Below are positions 41,454-55,700 of a stretch of DNA of 64,000 nt, one piece after another. Position 1 is the first letter of the stretch, and every line of letters starts with the position of its first letter. The position numbers and the translations under genes were made by a program. The stretch lies in contig NW_021829832.1 in the NCBI RefSeq assembly GCF_006345805.1, positions 806,001 through 870,000 on the forward strand, written 5' to 3'. This stretch comes from Octopus sinensis. Lineage: Eukaryota. Below the pieces are notes generated by a model. It did not search any database. It was not told where the DNA came from and was given only the letters and a program-made list of their open reading frames with translations.

Positions 41454-42520
41454 ATGACTGTAAGGTATGCTCTCATTAGTTCTTCCCGACTGACCAAAAT
41501 CGGTCTCGCAAAGTCGTCGTCCATTTCTCACGCCAAAGTAATTACGTTTTATGTAAATTAGACTCCCAACAAATCATTTATTGTCAATGCATTTGCCGGG
41601 GACTCAAATTGGACCAAATCTTTCCCTACCCACACGGTTGGAACATTGTTCTTATTCCCAGTCCTAACTCAAGAGGAATCTGAAACTACCGAGTCGATGA
41701 TAGAACCAATAAACAAATATTTCAAAGTATTTATTAATCCGCTTTTAATCAAACACGTCACAATGACGCCATAGGACGAAAACGACGCCTTCGAGAACGA
41801 CCGGAAATGCGAGATTAGCCAACAGGCCAAGGACAAGATGGGGCAACTGGGCTTCTACGGACTGATCACTCCAGTCGAATATGGTCACATTCAGCACGAC
41901 CATTTCAGGTGGATTGGGACTCAACTCTACCAGACCTCGAGACTGAGCGAGCAGATTGGACACTTTGACCTTTCAGTGATGATCCACATTGGGGCACATC
42001 AGGTACTCCTCCAATGTCATTCCAGTCCATTGGGTACAGAGGCATCATTAACTACGGAACTGAGGAACAAAAGGCTAAATATTTGCCCGACCTGTCCTCC
42101 GGAAAGCAAATAGCCGCGTATTGCCTGACGGAGCCCTCTGCGGGGTCTGACGCAGCTGTATTGTGGTGTGGTGACTGCCAGTCGATCAAGTCGAGGGCAG
42201 TTCTGTCAGCGGACGGGCGACACTACGTCCTCAACGGAAGCAAAATATGGATAACCAACGGGGCGATGGCCGACGTGATGACCGTCTTTGCTCAGGTGGG
42301 CTATTCGGGATAACGAGACCCCCGTGCGTGATGAGGAGGGGAAGGAGAAGATGAGGATGACGGCCTCATTGTGGAGAGGGACTTTGGAGGTGTCTCGAGT
42401 GGAAACCGTGTCTAAAGGGGATAATGCATCGGAGACATGCGAGGTCTTTTTTGACGACGTGCATATCCCGGTGGAGAATGTGTTGGGGGGTTGTCCTGAT
42501 CTGTCATTGGCAGAAGTTGG
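41454..42520 (+). pseudogene. ACADVL: 3'-truncated, frameshifted ACADVL copy
   Basis: Matches 49298-50375 but ends at the duplication junction; several 1-nt deletions, many in homopolymers. Confidence 0.8.
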
Positions 42521-44441
42521 AGCTCTATTTGTCAGATCAACACGGACAGATCAAATAGTGTACATATAGGGAATCCCCCTCCGTCACCAAACGTCTCTCC
42601 TGATAGACTGGATCGACATACGTGCCCTAATCTTGAATGCTAAGAATTCGCCAGAGAAAGGCCCAGACGGAATATGCATTCATCATCTAAAAAACATTGG
42701 GCCGAATGGACTTTGAGCCATCACGGACATCTTTCAAACTTCATTGAACGTTGGATATGTCCCCATGTTATGGAAACATTCAACTATAATCCCAAAACTC
42801 AAGCCGAACATGGATTCTCGGGACCTAGGTTCTTTTCGGCCGATCTCTCTGCTTTGTGCCGCTTCGAAAGTTTTGGAGAAATTCATTTTGAATCACATAT
42901 ATCCGCACATCAACCAGAGAGACGAGAACATCTCTGGCACAACTTCGTTCTCGACATTTCCTCCTAATTGATGAATCTGGCTATTGGTCTCCTCCGGACC
43001 ATCTATACTTATTGCTTCGAGAAGCTTTCTCCGGACCGGGGCCTCCGGTAGGCATTATGGACTTATGGAAGCCCCCAGCAGTCGCTGCTGAGCGTCTGGG
43101 GACAGCCGGCCTCCTACAAGCTAGAGAGGTTGGGATAACTAACTAACCTCCATCATTACTACCAAATTAAATGATCGCTTTCATGACCATAACTTTAATA
43201 CTATCCCTCGCTTTAATCGGGGGATCACGGGGGATTATAATTAACTGGCTTACCCTGGTCCTTTGGTCAATAAAAAGTATTTAAAGGACCGAGAGCAGCG
43301 AGCACACAGACCGTCTACTGCACGACTAATTAATCAACTAATCAAATAACACTCGTTGGGTGGAGCATTCACCACCAAACACTCCATAGGCAATCAATCG
43401 TCGATAGTCTTAACAATTAAAGAGATAATTGAAGACTAGCCATTTCAGACTTATGCCAGATTATCAACATTTGGAGCACCAAAGCATTTCCTTGTCAGTT
43501 AGATCCGGACTTTCCAGAAAGGTCTCCTATTCTTGTCTAGTTCACAGTGGATGAACGTCGGAAACCTTAGGTTAAACACCAGATGACTTGGTGCTACAAA
43601 ATAGCTTTTGTTAATAAGGTCCACACAAGATTTTCAGTAGCAAGCCAAACAAAATGGACTGCCATTCCTCACACATTGCTGCATTAACGCCTCGTGAAAA
43701 ACGGTCTTCCGAGATACCACAGATTTGTCAATAAAACAGCTTAACTAAAAATGGATCTTAATCGAAAGTAATAAATGAACAAATAATCAAATTAGACAAA
43801 AACGAATCAAAGGTAGTTTAATTGGGTGTTCTAAAGATTATGTTGGAAAGTACAACTCATTGAAACATCCCATAGAAGAACAGAATCTCATTATTTCGTA
43901 ATCGGACTCCCCCTAAAGTGAGTCCCACAAAACCAACCCGTCGTCGGACGTCGGAACAAATGGCAAAAGATTCTCTTTTACCCCGAAACACTCCATTTTC
44001 ATCAACCTCAAGAATGTATAGCTCTACCAACCTGTGCTATGTTTATTTGGATGGATCCGAAATCCCTTGAGCTTATTATGGTAGTGGTGGAGGAACTAGT
44101 AGTAGCACATACTTGTCATTACCATTTCCTTGGAGTATACAAGTCTTCTGTCTTTTTAGCAGCAGCGTCCATGGAAAGTGGCAACAGAGAATTAACGTGC
44201 TTGACTATTGTTTAATTTTAATAGTGAAAATTAATTTTTAAAATATATTTAAATAAACAAATTAATGAACTAATCAGTATTTCATCAATTTAATAAATAA
44301 ACGATATTATTATATTAAATAAAGGGATGAAAATAAATTAGTAATCTGTTACATTTAAATAATTCTAATAAATAATAGTTTGAATCAAAACAAATAAAAA
44401 TTATCATTTTAATTCTATTTATATTTTCCAAGGATACCAAA

Positions 44442-46005
44442 ATGGAGGAGTCTTCATTCCAGAAAGTCTTAAAATCCAGAAACATGAAACAACTCGAAAA
44501 ATTAGTCTCCAGCGACGTGGACATTAATCAACCTGACGGAGGAAAAGACAAGTTCTCTCCACTCCACTGGGCATGCTACTATGGGAATTTAGAGGTGCCA
44601 AAACCAGGAATATTAAGGGAGTGCACTACTTGTTGTGGCATGGGGCAGACGTGTCCAGTCTGAGCATCCGAGGTTGGACTCCAATGCACATCGTCGCAAT
44701 TTCCGGGACCACGAAATGTGTGGAGGCAAGTGCATGTTGTATTACTGTAGTCATTGCTCAACTACGACGCTGACATCAACGCCAAGGACTCGAGAGGCTG
44801 CACTCCCGCCCACCTTGCAGCAATACACGGTCACTCCATAACTTTGGGGGGGATTCTCAAGCATGGAGGAGTTGCTTGAAATAGTCAGCTCGTAGAGAAC
44901 TGACCTGCGGAATGAAAATGGGTGGACTCCAGTTCATGCCGCAGTTTTCCACGGCCGTTTGGGGTGTCTTCAGATCCTTTACAAATGTGGAGGGAACATT
45001 GAGGAATACGACGCCCAAGGAAACACTCCGGGTACTCTACTTTGTTCATTCCAGCACATTTGTGTGCGGGAGAGGGTCACGTCGACTGTTTGAAATTTTT
45101 AGTTGCAAATTGCAGCAACATTGACTCCCTTTTTTGTGCCAGGAATGACCACGGGGAAGTTCCCCTCAATTTGGCCCAGTTGTATTACAAGACCGACGCA
45201 GCAAACTACATCATGAGAGCACACGATGAACTGGTCAATTTGGAGAAAAAAAATGGTTGGTCGTCAGTAGTAAACATAACACAGCATATTCATATCCCGG
45301 CCATGTGGCAGCATTCAACGGAGATTTGATTACATTGAAGACTTTGATAGAAAATGAGACGATCTGTCTGCACGACGTGGATGAAAGCAACTCGACTTTT
45401 GCCCACAAAGGTTGGCCAGTTTAGTTAGGGTTGCAGCTGCCTGTCAAGGACACGTTGATGTGCTCAAATGGCTCATCAGTTGTGGGGCGGATTTAAGGAT
45501 GCAGAACGATAGAATGGAGACTCCGGCAGAAGTAGCTGCAAAGTTTGGGAAGGAGGAGTGCTTCCACTTGTTGAATGGTCATTTTATGTTTTATCATCAA
45601 AGTGAACTCCAAAACATACGCAGACGTGACCCACGAGGATACGTCGACGGAAAAATCCTCGAACCCTCTTTGTAAAATTTATCAATTCTGATAGCAGCGA
45701 GAGCAAAGTTGAGAATCGACGAGCTCAGTAAATTGCTGGACATTGCCAACAAGAACTACGTCCAGCTTGGAGGGGTTTTGGAGGAGTCCTTTCAAGATAA
45801 ACAAGGACGGGAAGCAGAAAAGTATTTTTAGTAATAGAGGAGATGTATTTTGAATCTGAAAGTGAGGTTGGAGGAAGAAAGAATCAGGAGGGAAAAACTC
45901 GAGCAGAAATTGGATAAGTATCGGCGGGAACTATTTTATTTGAACAAAAAGAAAAGTGAGCTAGAACAAAAAAATAAAGTCAAAAGTTCTGCGAAAATAT
46001 ATTAA
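44442..46005 (+). CDS. ANKRD42: Ankyrin repeat protein, ANKRD42-like (copy 2)
   Basis: Same exons as copy 1 with a few substitutions (e.g. IVAICG to IVAISG) and an extra A near the C-terminus. Confidence 0.8.
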
Positions 46006-46281
46006 ATGACATACTAAAACACACACTATCAATAAAACACTCTAAAAATGAGAAATCTTAATTTATCAAAATAAACTTTATGTTTCCACGAAATGAACAT
46101 TAGTCTTTTTATATGAACAAATTATTGTAACAAATTCCCTAGAAGAATAAACAAAGTGATAATCCCATATGTGTGACAACCAAAACGACCATCCTAATCC
46201 AGTCCCCTATGTTATGGGCGAGAGCCCGTAGGGAATCCGGATCATCATCGTTTTGTAGACTCTCTATTCGATCTTCTAAAC

Positions 46282-47424
46282 CAGTTCTCAACCTTTTTCA
46301 ATCCTGATTTTTTCTAAACCCTTAATATTTATTTCAAATATTTGACAAATCATAAATCTTATGTAAGAAGAGCATGATCGTAAAAATACAGTTTTTTAGT
46401 CTGTTCAAAAAAAACGTGACCACTTGAAAATGTATGTTTTTTTAATTTTTATGACTTATTTTCCAAAATTTCCAGGGAATACTGAATTTAAAATTTTTTT
46501 ATTTACATAATTCATTATTCCAAGATCGGCTATATTCTCAAAGTAACGGAATATTCTAAAAATCTTGTTCAAAAAAATGTGACCACTTGAAAATGTATGT
46601 TTTTTTATTTTTGTGACTTATTTTTGAAAATTTCAAAGGAATACTGAATCTAAAATCTTTATATCGATGTCATCCCAAAGTTTTCGTATCAAAAAGTAAT
46701 TAATTGCAGAATAAAGTAATTAATTGTGGAACATGTCAGATTTTAAAATTTCGTCAGGATTTAGGGCCTTCAGATATGATAGAATCATGATTTAAAGAGA
46801 TTTTGACTAAAAACGTGGGAATTCTCATTTTTGGCAATAATTATTGCAATTTTATAGGATGCAATTAGTCCTTGTTTTCTCTTGAATAATCAAATTAAAA
46901 AAAAATTAGTCCTCCTACATATAATTTTTGTTAATAACAACTATTGTTTCTTTCATTATTATTTTTAAAAACATTTTCAATCATTTTTTGTTTACAAAGA
47001 GAATCCTTTAATTCTTCAAATTACTCTAATGGTCAATTTATTCCATTTTTAGTGAAGTTACTGTAATTTACTAGAAGTTAAAAAAGCCATCTATCCAAAG
47101 TGGACCACTCTAATGGTCTATCTTTTTAATCAAAATGTTTTTTCCTAAGATGATCCAACAATTTTGACGACTCATCTCATTGCATCATTTGATAATGATT
47201 TATTACACAGTAAGCAATATAGTCTATTATCAAAAGAATTTTTTTATAAATCCAATGCCAAATATTCATTTTTAAGACTACTTATAAAGAACAAAAAACA
47301 AAAGTTTACTATTAAAAATAAAACTAAATTAATTTAAGATGAAAAAAATTTTAATTATTAACTTAATTTCGATCCCCTTACAATTGATCTGGGTTGATTT
47401 CCGACCCAAGGTTGAGAACCGCTG
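46282..47424. mobile_element. Non-autonomous hAT element (copy 2)
   Basis: Same TIRs and ttctaaac TSD (46274-46281 / 47425-47432). Confidence 0.8.
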
Positions 47425-47439
47425 TTCTAAACAATTCTC

Positions 47440-48615
47440 TGAAGATACTTCATAAGTGGTTTTTCATAATCAACACTTCTAAAACCAAATTCACTGAGAT
47501 AAAATGCATAGCACAGCAGAGTTAGTGAAATTCTTCAGGAAGAAATGCTGAATAAAACTCATCTAGCCACTATTGAAGAATATTTGAAGCATAAATATTT
47601 ACTTGAAAAATCAGTTTTAATTAATAAAAAAACTGGTGTTCAGTGCTCAGAACAAGTATCTACTGGACTAGATTTTATCAAAATGTCTTCATTCCATTCT
47701 ATACAAAGGTGCTACGGAGAATTTGGTAAATGTTAAAAACTCTAGTCAATAAATAGCCAAAGGCAATAATTCACAAGGGTCTGAAGGATTATTCTGTCTC
47801 GTGCAAAATAAAAATTAATTCTTTGAGGACCAAAGTTCTCCACGTGTGTTATATCAATCAAGCTAGTTTTTTCAGGGGATCCGTCAGAAATATTTTTCGA
47901 CAATAAGCGCTTTTTAGACCCCCTCTAAAACTTTCTTACCATCTCTGACTTTGCGTTTTAAAATTGTCAACAAGATTTGTGTAATTATGAAAATCCATAC
48001 TGAGTTCTCCACGTGCGTTATATCAATCGAGCTAGTTTTTTCACTGGATCCGTCCGAAATATTTTTCGACAATAAGCGCTTTTTAGACCCCCGCTAAAAT
48101 CTTCTTACCATCTCTGAATATAAGTATCTGGGAGAGCATAAAATGTGTTCCCACTGCATGAGATGGAAAAGACCGTCAACCACTATGCCACTAGATGTGA
48201 GATTTTACATGGGGTTTATGTCAGAAGGCATGATGAAGTAGTAAGATGCATCTACTTTCATTTTAATCGAGAATTTGAACTCAAGAATGACAACAAGCTC
48301 AAAACACATTCAATAGAATCTGTATCGGCGAATGAGAACGTTGAAATCAGAATCAACATATTTATAAAGACAGATATTGTCTTGAAACATAAAGAACCAA
48401 ATTTGTTTGTTTTCGAAAAAAATAAGGAATCAAATTTTGTTATTGACGTTTGGATAACATTTTCCCAAAATTTATAGCGAGTGGGGATCGAAAAATAAGA
48501 AAATATGACCTCCTATCTTACGAGCGGAAATTAAATTATCATACAAGAGTGAAAATAGTACCTATTGTACTAACATGGAATGAGCTGGCAACTCAAAAAT
48601 TTCTACAATGATTCT
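47440..48615 (+). mobile_element. Degenerate R4/NeSL-like RLE retrotransposon fragment (copy 2)
   Basis: ORF 48145-48477 with RHDEVVRC and RLE-like motifs. Confidence 0.65.
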
Positions 48616-49297
48616 GATATCATCCTGGTTTAAAAATGTATTTCAACAAGTTTAATTGTGTGAACTGGGTCGAATGGTCTGTACATATCAATTCCGAGCA
48701 TCTCAGTACACCGTTTGTATTTTGAACATAAGACAGCGGTCCATCTGTGTGTCCAGATAACATTAGCAGTGGACCTTCCAGTTCTAAACCCACTTTTCCA
48801 AGCGACAGAAAATAATCCACCTTAGTTCTTATCCTCTCTAATGCAACCAGCGACAGTAAAATTTTCTTGTTTGTCATCCATAAGTTTATTCAGTTGTTTG
48901 TATACTTTATACAGTCTGACGCAAGTAATTACTAGCTTGTGGTCACTATTTGTTTCCAGTCTTCATATGACCTGGGAATCCACAAGTGTTTATGTGAAAC
49001 TTTGTTGAGAATTTAGTTTATTTGATCCAGAATTTGTATGTAATTTGAATCCTTTCTGATTCCAGTTTGTGTCGTTTTGTGTCTGGCTGGATGACAGAAT
49101 GCTGTGTTACACAAGAATAGGTCTAAACAGGTACAGAATTGAATCAAGGCGGTTTCAGGCAATTTTTCCGATTTCTTCCATTTCAGAATTGTAAATATGA
49201 AGAATAAATTAACATGTTTTAATAAATAATATTAAATACAAATAAATATATTGTTACTCGGTCAGATAAAAGTTATTAATAATTTAAGTAATTTATA

Positions 49298-51520
49298 ATG
49301 AATACTGTAAGGTATGCTCTCATTAGTTCTTCCCGACTGACCAAAATCGGTCTCGCAAAGTCGTCGTCCATTTCTCACGCCAAAGTAATTACGTTTTATG
49401 TAAATTAGACTCCCAACAAATCATTTATTGTCAATGCATTTGCCGGGGGACTCAAATTGGACCAAATCTTTCCCTACCCACACGGTTGGAACATTGTTCT
49501 TATTCCCAGTCCTAACTCAAGAGGAATCTGAAACTACCGAGTCGATGATAGAACCAATAAACAAATATTTCAAAGTATTTATTAATCCGCTTTTAATCAA
49601 ACACGTCACAATGACGCCATAGGACGAAAACGACGCCTTCGAGAACGACCGGAAATGCGAGATTAGCCAACAGGCCAAGGACAAGATGGGGCAACTGGGC
49701 TTCTACGGACTGATCACTCCAGTCGAATATGGTCACATTCAGCACGACCATTTCAGGTGGATTGGGACTCAACTCTACACAGACCTCGAGACTGAGCGAG
49801 CAGATTGGACACTTTGACCTTTCAGTGATGATCCACATTGGGGCACATCAGGTACTCCTCCAATGTCATTCCAGTCCATTGGGTACAGAGGCATCATTAA
49901 CTACGGAACTGAGGAACAAAAGGCTAAATATTTGCCCGACCTGTCCTCCGGAAAGCAAATAGCCGCGTATTGCCTGACGGAGCCTTCTGCGGGGTCTGAC
50001 GCAGCTGTATTGTGGTGTGGTGACTGCCAGTCGATCAAGTCGAGGGCAGTTCTGTCAGCGGACGGGCGACACTACGTCCTCAACGGAAGCAAAATATGGA
50101 TAACCAACGGGGCGATGGCCGACGTGATGACCGTCTTTGCTCAGGTGGGCTATTCGGGATAACGAGACCCCCGTGCGTGATGAGGAGGGGAAGGAGAAGA
50201 TGAGGATGACGGCCTTCATTGTGGAGAGGGACTTTGGAGGTGTCTCGAGTGGGAAACCGGTGTCTAAAATGGGGATTAATGCATCGGAGACATGCGAGGT
50301 CTTTTTTGACGACGTGCATATCCCGGTGGAGAATGTGTTGGGGGGTTGTCCTGATCTGTCATTGGCAGAAGTTGGAGGTGGTTTCAATATCGCAGTCAAC
50401 ATTCTCAACATGGGAAGGTCTTCGATATGTGCCTCGATGTGCGGGACGATGAAGGAAATGCTCACTCGATCGGTTGACTGTTTCCTCATTTCCAGATTGC
50501 CTTCGCGAAGGACAGGACACAGTTCGGCTCAAAGATTGTGGAATATGCGGTCATTCAGGAAAAATTGGCCAAAATGGCCATGAAGATCTACGCTTCGGAG
50601 GTTAGAGATTGTCGCGTGACTGCCAGTCCATTGGCTACCTCTTGGCTGCCAATTACGACCGGAAACTGCCCGATCTGCAAGTGGATGCTGCCATCTGCAA
50701 AATATACGGATCTGTCTCTCAGTCATGTTGAGGTTGTAGGACTCTGCGTGGAGTGTCATTGACGACGCCATCCAAATCCACGGAGGAATGGGGTACATGC
50801 GGGATACCGGACTCGAGCGAGTAGCCAGGGATGCGAGGATATGTCGCATATTCGAGGGGACCAACGAAATCCTGAGACTATTCGTGGCCCTTAACGGACT
50901 TAGGGTTGTCTTTCGAATGTCGCATTGTAGCATGCTGGCAGTGTCCTTTCGGATATGATGCGGTCTATTAAGAATCCTCTTAGGAATGTGTCGGGAATAA
51001 CCTCCATGATCACCAATTCCGTGCTGCCTTCCTCCACAGTATCCAAAGTCAATCAAATAGTCCACCAAGACCTGCTGGAGTGCGGGAGACAGGTTTGTTC
51101 ATAGGATTGGAATCTAGTTTGGATCGTCCGTCGATTCATTTGGGAAGACAGTGATGAGTTTGCTGAGGAAGTACAGGCAGGGAGTTAAGGGTAGACAGTG
51201 CATGACACGCAGACCGACAATTCGAGTTGTATCGTGTCGGGGAGATTGCCATTTCACTTCACGTGATGGCTGCTGTCATTTCCCGTGCTTCAAGTGCTTT
51301 GGAACGGCAATCCGAGACATGTCGGCACGAGGCAGAACTATGTCGAGCGATCTGTTCGGAAGTAGGCCTCATATCACATTTTTAGGAATTTTTAAATGTT
51401 TATAATCGACTGGAATCAATACAAAAGTCTGATTTAATCACCCCCACGTTGTTTAAAATTTCAGAAGACGTTGTCAGTCGCGGAGAATATTTCGCCAGAA
51501 ATCCGACAGGGGTGCAATAA
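49298..51520 (+). CDS. ACADVL: Very long-chain acyl-CoA dehydrogenase (ACADVL/ACAD9 family)
   Basis: [88 protein letters not shown]. Confidence 0.93.
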
Positions 51521-51652
51521 CATGATTCACTAACCACTTTATTCTTTTAACCAATTTTCTAACGAGATTGAGTATTTCTGACACTCAAATGCAAACTGTT
51601 GATGATATAAAGTTGCTAAACTAGAGAAGTAGATTTAACTAACCGCCGTGAG

Positions 51653-51961
51653 GTGATGAGTCTTTCTATCATGATACAGTTGGTGAAAGCGGATCGCCTA
51701 CCTCTCCGGATTTACCAATTTAACGTGGAGTTATGTGATTCACCAAGTCAGTTGGAGCACCGAATGCTCATTGCAAAAGTATTATTAGAACCTCCATCCT
51801 TGGGACATTTTCGTCCACTCGATGCATTTACCGTAGGACCGAACATTTCCGTACGAAATTCCCATCCCATAAAAGTGCTGCAAACCAATATCCGCCCGGT
51901 GCGGTCTTGTGTGGCCTTGCGGGAAGATTACCGAAAGAGGATCAGATCGCTTGCAAAGTAG
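51653..51961 (+). mobile_element. Possible degenerate CRE-like RLE fragment
   Basis: Weak LEPPSL..RP.D motif in a non-genic GC island. Confidence 0.3.
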
Positions 51962-52090
51962 CTAATTAATTTGTTTGGTTTTAATGTGGTTAAGCAGTGT
52001 CATAATAAATAAAGTAATTTGTTTGTATATTCACAAACTTGAAAATTGTTATATAACGTTAATTTTGTGACGATAGTAAAGTAAACAATA

Positions 52091-52521
52091 TTATTTAACA
52101 TCAAAGGAGGATCCACAAGAGCAGCCATCGGTGGAGAGAGGGTTGTTGGAAATCACGAAAGCAGACTTAATGAGAGTTTCCTCGTAGTCTATTGTCGACC
52201 CTTCTAAGAGAGAGAGTGAGGATGAATCACAAACAATCGTCACATCCTTGTGTTTTATTTGTCTAAGAAAATATATAAAATCAAAACATGTCATCTTCTG
52301 CAAGAGTATCATCAACCATAAACTTGTATTGAAAACCATGACAGCCACCTCCGTCTACGTAAACACGCAGGAAGCGGCCATTTTTTATTAGTTTTTTAAT
52401 TTTCTAGAAGTAATGACTCAATCGACAATTAAACCTGTTGACAATTATCTGTTAGTTTCAGTTGAAGATTAGAGTTTGATAGGCATCTTACACTGTGTAC
52501 AATTCGACGAAATATTCCCAT
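52091..52521 (-). CDS. ISCA2: Iron-sulfur cluster assembly A-type protein, ISCA2-like
   Basis: [48 protein letters not shown]; two tiny introns. Confidence 0.9.
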
Positions 52522-52782
52522 TGGTCTTGGTAATCAAATAACAAAATCACTAAAAGATCATCAGAATACAATTTAATTAAATTAATAATGAAAAACAAAA
52601 AAATAATAAATTTATTAGACTGATTTATTATTTTTGAACTTGAGTGGTCTTTAAAAAATAGAGTACATTTTACAGCTCTAAATGAATTTTCTCAGACAGT
52701 ATAGAACTTAGCAAAAAAGATTGTACAAATAAAAGTCTACTTAAAAGTGAAAAAGAATAGTATTGAAAATAAACTATTAAAA

Positions 52783-55700
52783 TCATTCAGTCCTTGCCAT
52801 ATAGCTCAATGAATACCTTTTAGAATCAGACTCCAATACTTCAATTCTAAAAAAATATTAGCAAGGGATATACTCTTTCTCATAAGGAACAAATTCTACA
52901 ATGCTGGGGAAATATTCTTCTCTAAACAAAATCATACAAATCGAATACATTTGATCTCTCTTAGTTCTCAGTGGTGTACTGGTCATCCTATTCTCAGACG
53001 GCGTAGATACGTCTCTAAAAATGTTGGACAGAAGACAACATGGCCGACTTGTTTGATTGCTTTCTCTTTGAACTCTTCCTCAACACTTCCAAGGACTCAA
53101 GCTCCTCAGTGAGATGCTAAAAGTAATCAAACACAACAAACAGGGAGAATAGACTGCCTCACCTTGAGTGGAGCGAATACGACGTGTTTGTTCAATCGAT
53201 CCTGAGACATTAGCACACAACCAACCTCCCTCACTCTCATGAAGAGCTTTGAAGGAATGAAGTGAAAGTCGTAGATACTTTCAGAGAGGGGGTAGGCGGA
53301 TGACTTGGCAATCAAGTGGAGGTGGCCTATATCACAAATGGCCCACATTTTCTCAAATAAAAGTAAATGCGAACTTTATTAAAGTCGAGATCAGACTGAT
53401 GGAGGGCAGAGCGAAATTCTTTAATCTTCTGAATTAGCTGAATCAAGTAGGAATAGTTGTCATTCTTCACCAAAAGACCAATAAATGAACTCAATGCTCT
53501 ACAATAATGGCAGGACAGACCTCGATATCGTCATGAGTCCATCAATATCGTCCACTGAAGAACAAATATCAGTGGCCTCTGCCAACAGGTGGACAACGTA
53601 GGGAAGGACGCACTCGGGAATGACTTTCTTGAGTGGAGTGCCTACAAATGAGAGGACAAGGAGATGACCCGCAGATTGGACGAACATGGAGCAAAACTCT
53701 CTTCTCTTGGGGATATATTTTGATAAAAAAATCTTAGTTGCTGCCTCGTCACATCCCGGACGTCCCAGGAATGATATGACTAGTAGACTCATAAACTCCA
53801 CGGGAAGTCTCATCCAATCGAGATTTAGTCGGACTTTGCTATGGATCACATCACTCGTCTCCTTCCAACAACGCTAAACATACAAAAATGAAAAATCAAC
53901 AGCTGCCAGGACAGACTGACCACTTTTAGACGGGATTACGATTAGGAATATTCCAGAAATAATGTCTGGTGGCATAGCAGAATAAATGGAAGATTCCTGA
54001 CACACCCTGATGACTACAGTGGCTGCTTTGGTTCGAATATAAGCCCTATCACACTCACTAGGAATTACATCAATTCATCACTGAATCCCCTCATCCTCCC
54101 TCAGAAATATGCATTTCCGAATCAATTCGAAACACATGTTCATTGTGTCTATCTCCGGACAACCCGCCGACCCCAACAAGAGTCTCTTAATAACCTTCAG
54201 TCCACTAATCTGCAGATAATTCAACTCGTCAACCTTCTTGATAGAAAGAGCGTCCATCTCTTTGGGAGAATGCCATTTACTCCGCCCCTTGCGAGAGGAG
54301 TGTTTGATTGCATACAATCCACTCAAATGGACAGCCACAAAGGAGGAAAACTTGCCAATTTCCTTGTCAAGTTCTGCACTGCAGCCAATTAGAGTCATTT
54401 TCTGGAGATATTGAGGGTCGTCGACGGAAAGGTCGTCATAACCAATTTTCTATTGTTGAGTAATGTGTGACATACTTTGAGAATATTGTTCAAGGGAGAA
54501 AGGACAGAAGCCTTATGAATTACTCGGACTGCTATTTTGATTTCTCCTGTGCTTCGTTCTTCGGACAAAATGGTATCCACTAGTCCTTTCAGTCTCCTGA
54601 AATGACATTGAACAGTCTACTCGAAGATGGGTGGGAATTCATTCTCCATTTCCCCGCAGATGGGAAGGAGTAATTTGAGTGCAAAACAACCTTAAAGCAT
54701 CAAATCCTGAAATACAACGGAATGAATCTTCTGATTTGCCAGCCCAATTGAGCAGAGTGGAATAAATACTTTTGGACGTGAAGAAGGAGGGGAAGTTAGT
54801 AAAGAGGGTCTAAAACAACACAAATCAGACAACATTGGCCAGTGTGAAGTAGAGAGACTCCACTCGTTCGCGTGGGAGTGACAGTGAGTCACTCAGCCCA
54901 TCGAAATATTTCCTCATTTTGGTGAGTGGTCCCACTACTTTGGGGGCAGCCTTCATGATTATTCCCGACAGGACGAAACAACTGAAAAACCCAGCCAACG
55001 GGTTCCCCGCCAACCCAACCATCTTTTCGATTTTCTTCTAAAAATAACAAAAAAGAGGACAATTTTGGCAGGAATATCCTCGACTGGAAACTCCAACCTG
55101 ACAAATCTTGAGACCAAACCCAAGTTCTTTCCCGCTAAGGGGACTTCATTCGGAGTAAAGAGTTTATGGAGTGCCGTCACTGTCTTGGGCAATCCGAGAT
55201 ATTCTAGAAAGTGAAACAACCGACCAACTGGACAGAACAGCAATATTGTGCTGCACGTCATCGTTGGAGTGGAGGGACTCGACTATCTTCAAACACGTCT
55301 CTCTTATTCTAAAGTAGAGCGCAGTCCCAACCTCTGGGCTCGTCTGACCAACCCGACAAATACACTATCATTCAGAGACTGCAAGCCAACCTTCGTAGAC
55401 TGTCGTTGTCTCTAACAAATATATCCAGGATTAGTTGAGCGGTGTGTTCAGGACTGTCGAGGGAGGACAATATACTCAATAGACATTCGTCCGCCAATTT
55501 CCTAGGATTGCGCTCCTTCGAACAGACCTGTCCTCCCCGTTGGGTTGACAGAAATGTTTAAGAATCCTGTCTATCACGCAGTAAAGGCGGCATTGATGAA
55601 GAGGACTCACGTTCTCCCCCTGCTTCATTTCACACACCAACAGTCGACTCAACACAGTCAGTGCTTTCCGTCGGACTGTAATCTGAGAATCACTTTAGTT

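Larger units (their letters stand above)
34748..42520 (+). repeat. Tandem segmental duplication, copy 1 (~7.8 kb)
   Basis: Near-identical to 42521-50377; the junction at 42521 joins an ACADVL exon to internal LINE sequence through AG microhomology. Confidence 0.95.
42521..50377 (+). repeat. Tandem segmental duplication, copy 2
   Basis: Starts inside the LINE (agctctatttgtcagatc) and runs into the intact ACADVL. Confidence 0.95.

Noticed and set aside
42521-50377. Duplication as LINE 3' transduction
   Set aside because: Introns are retained, there is no terminal tail or TSD, and the copy is directly tandem
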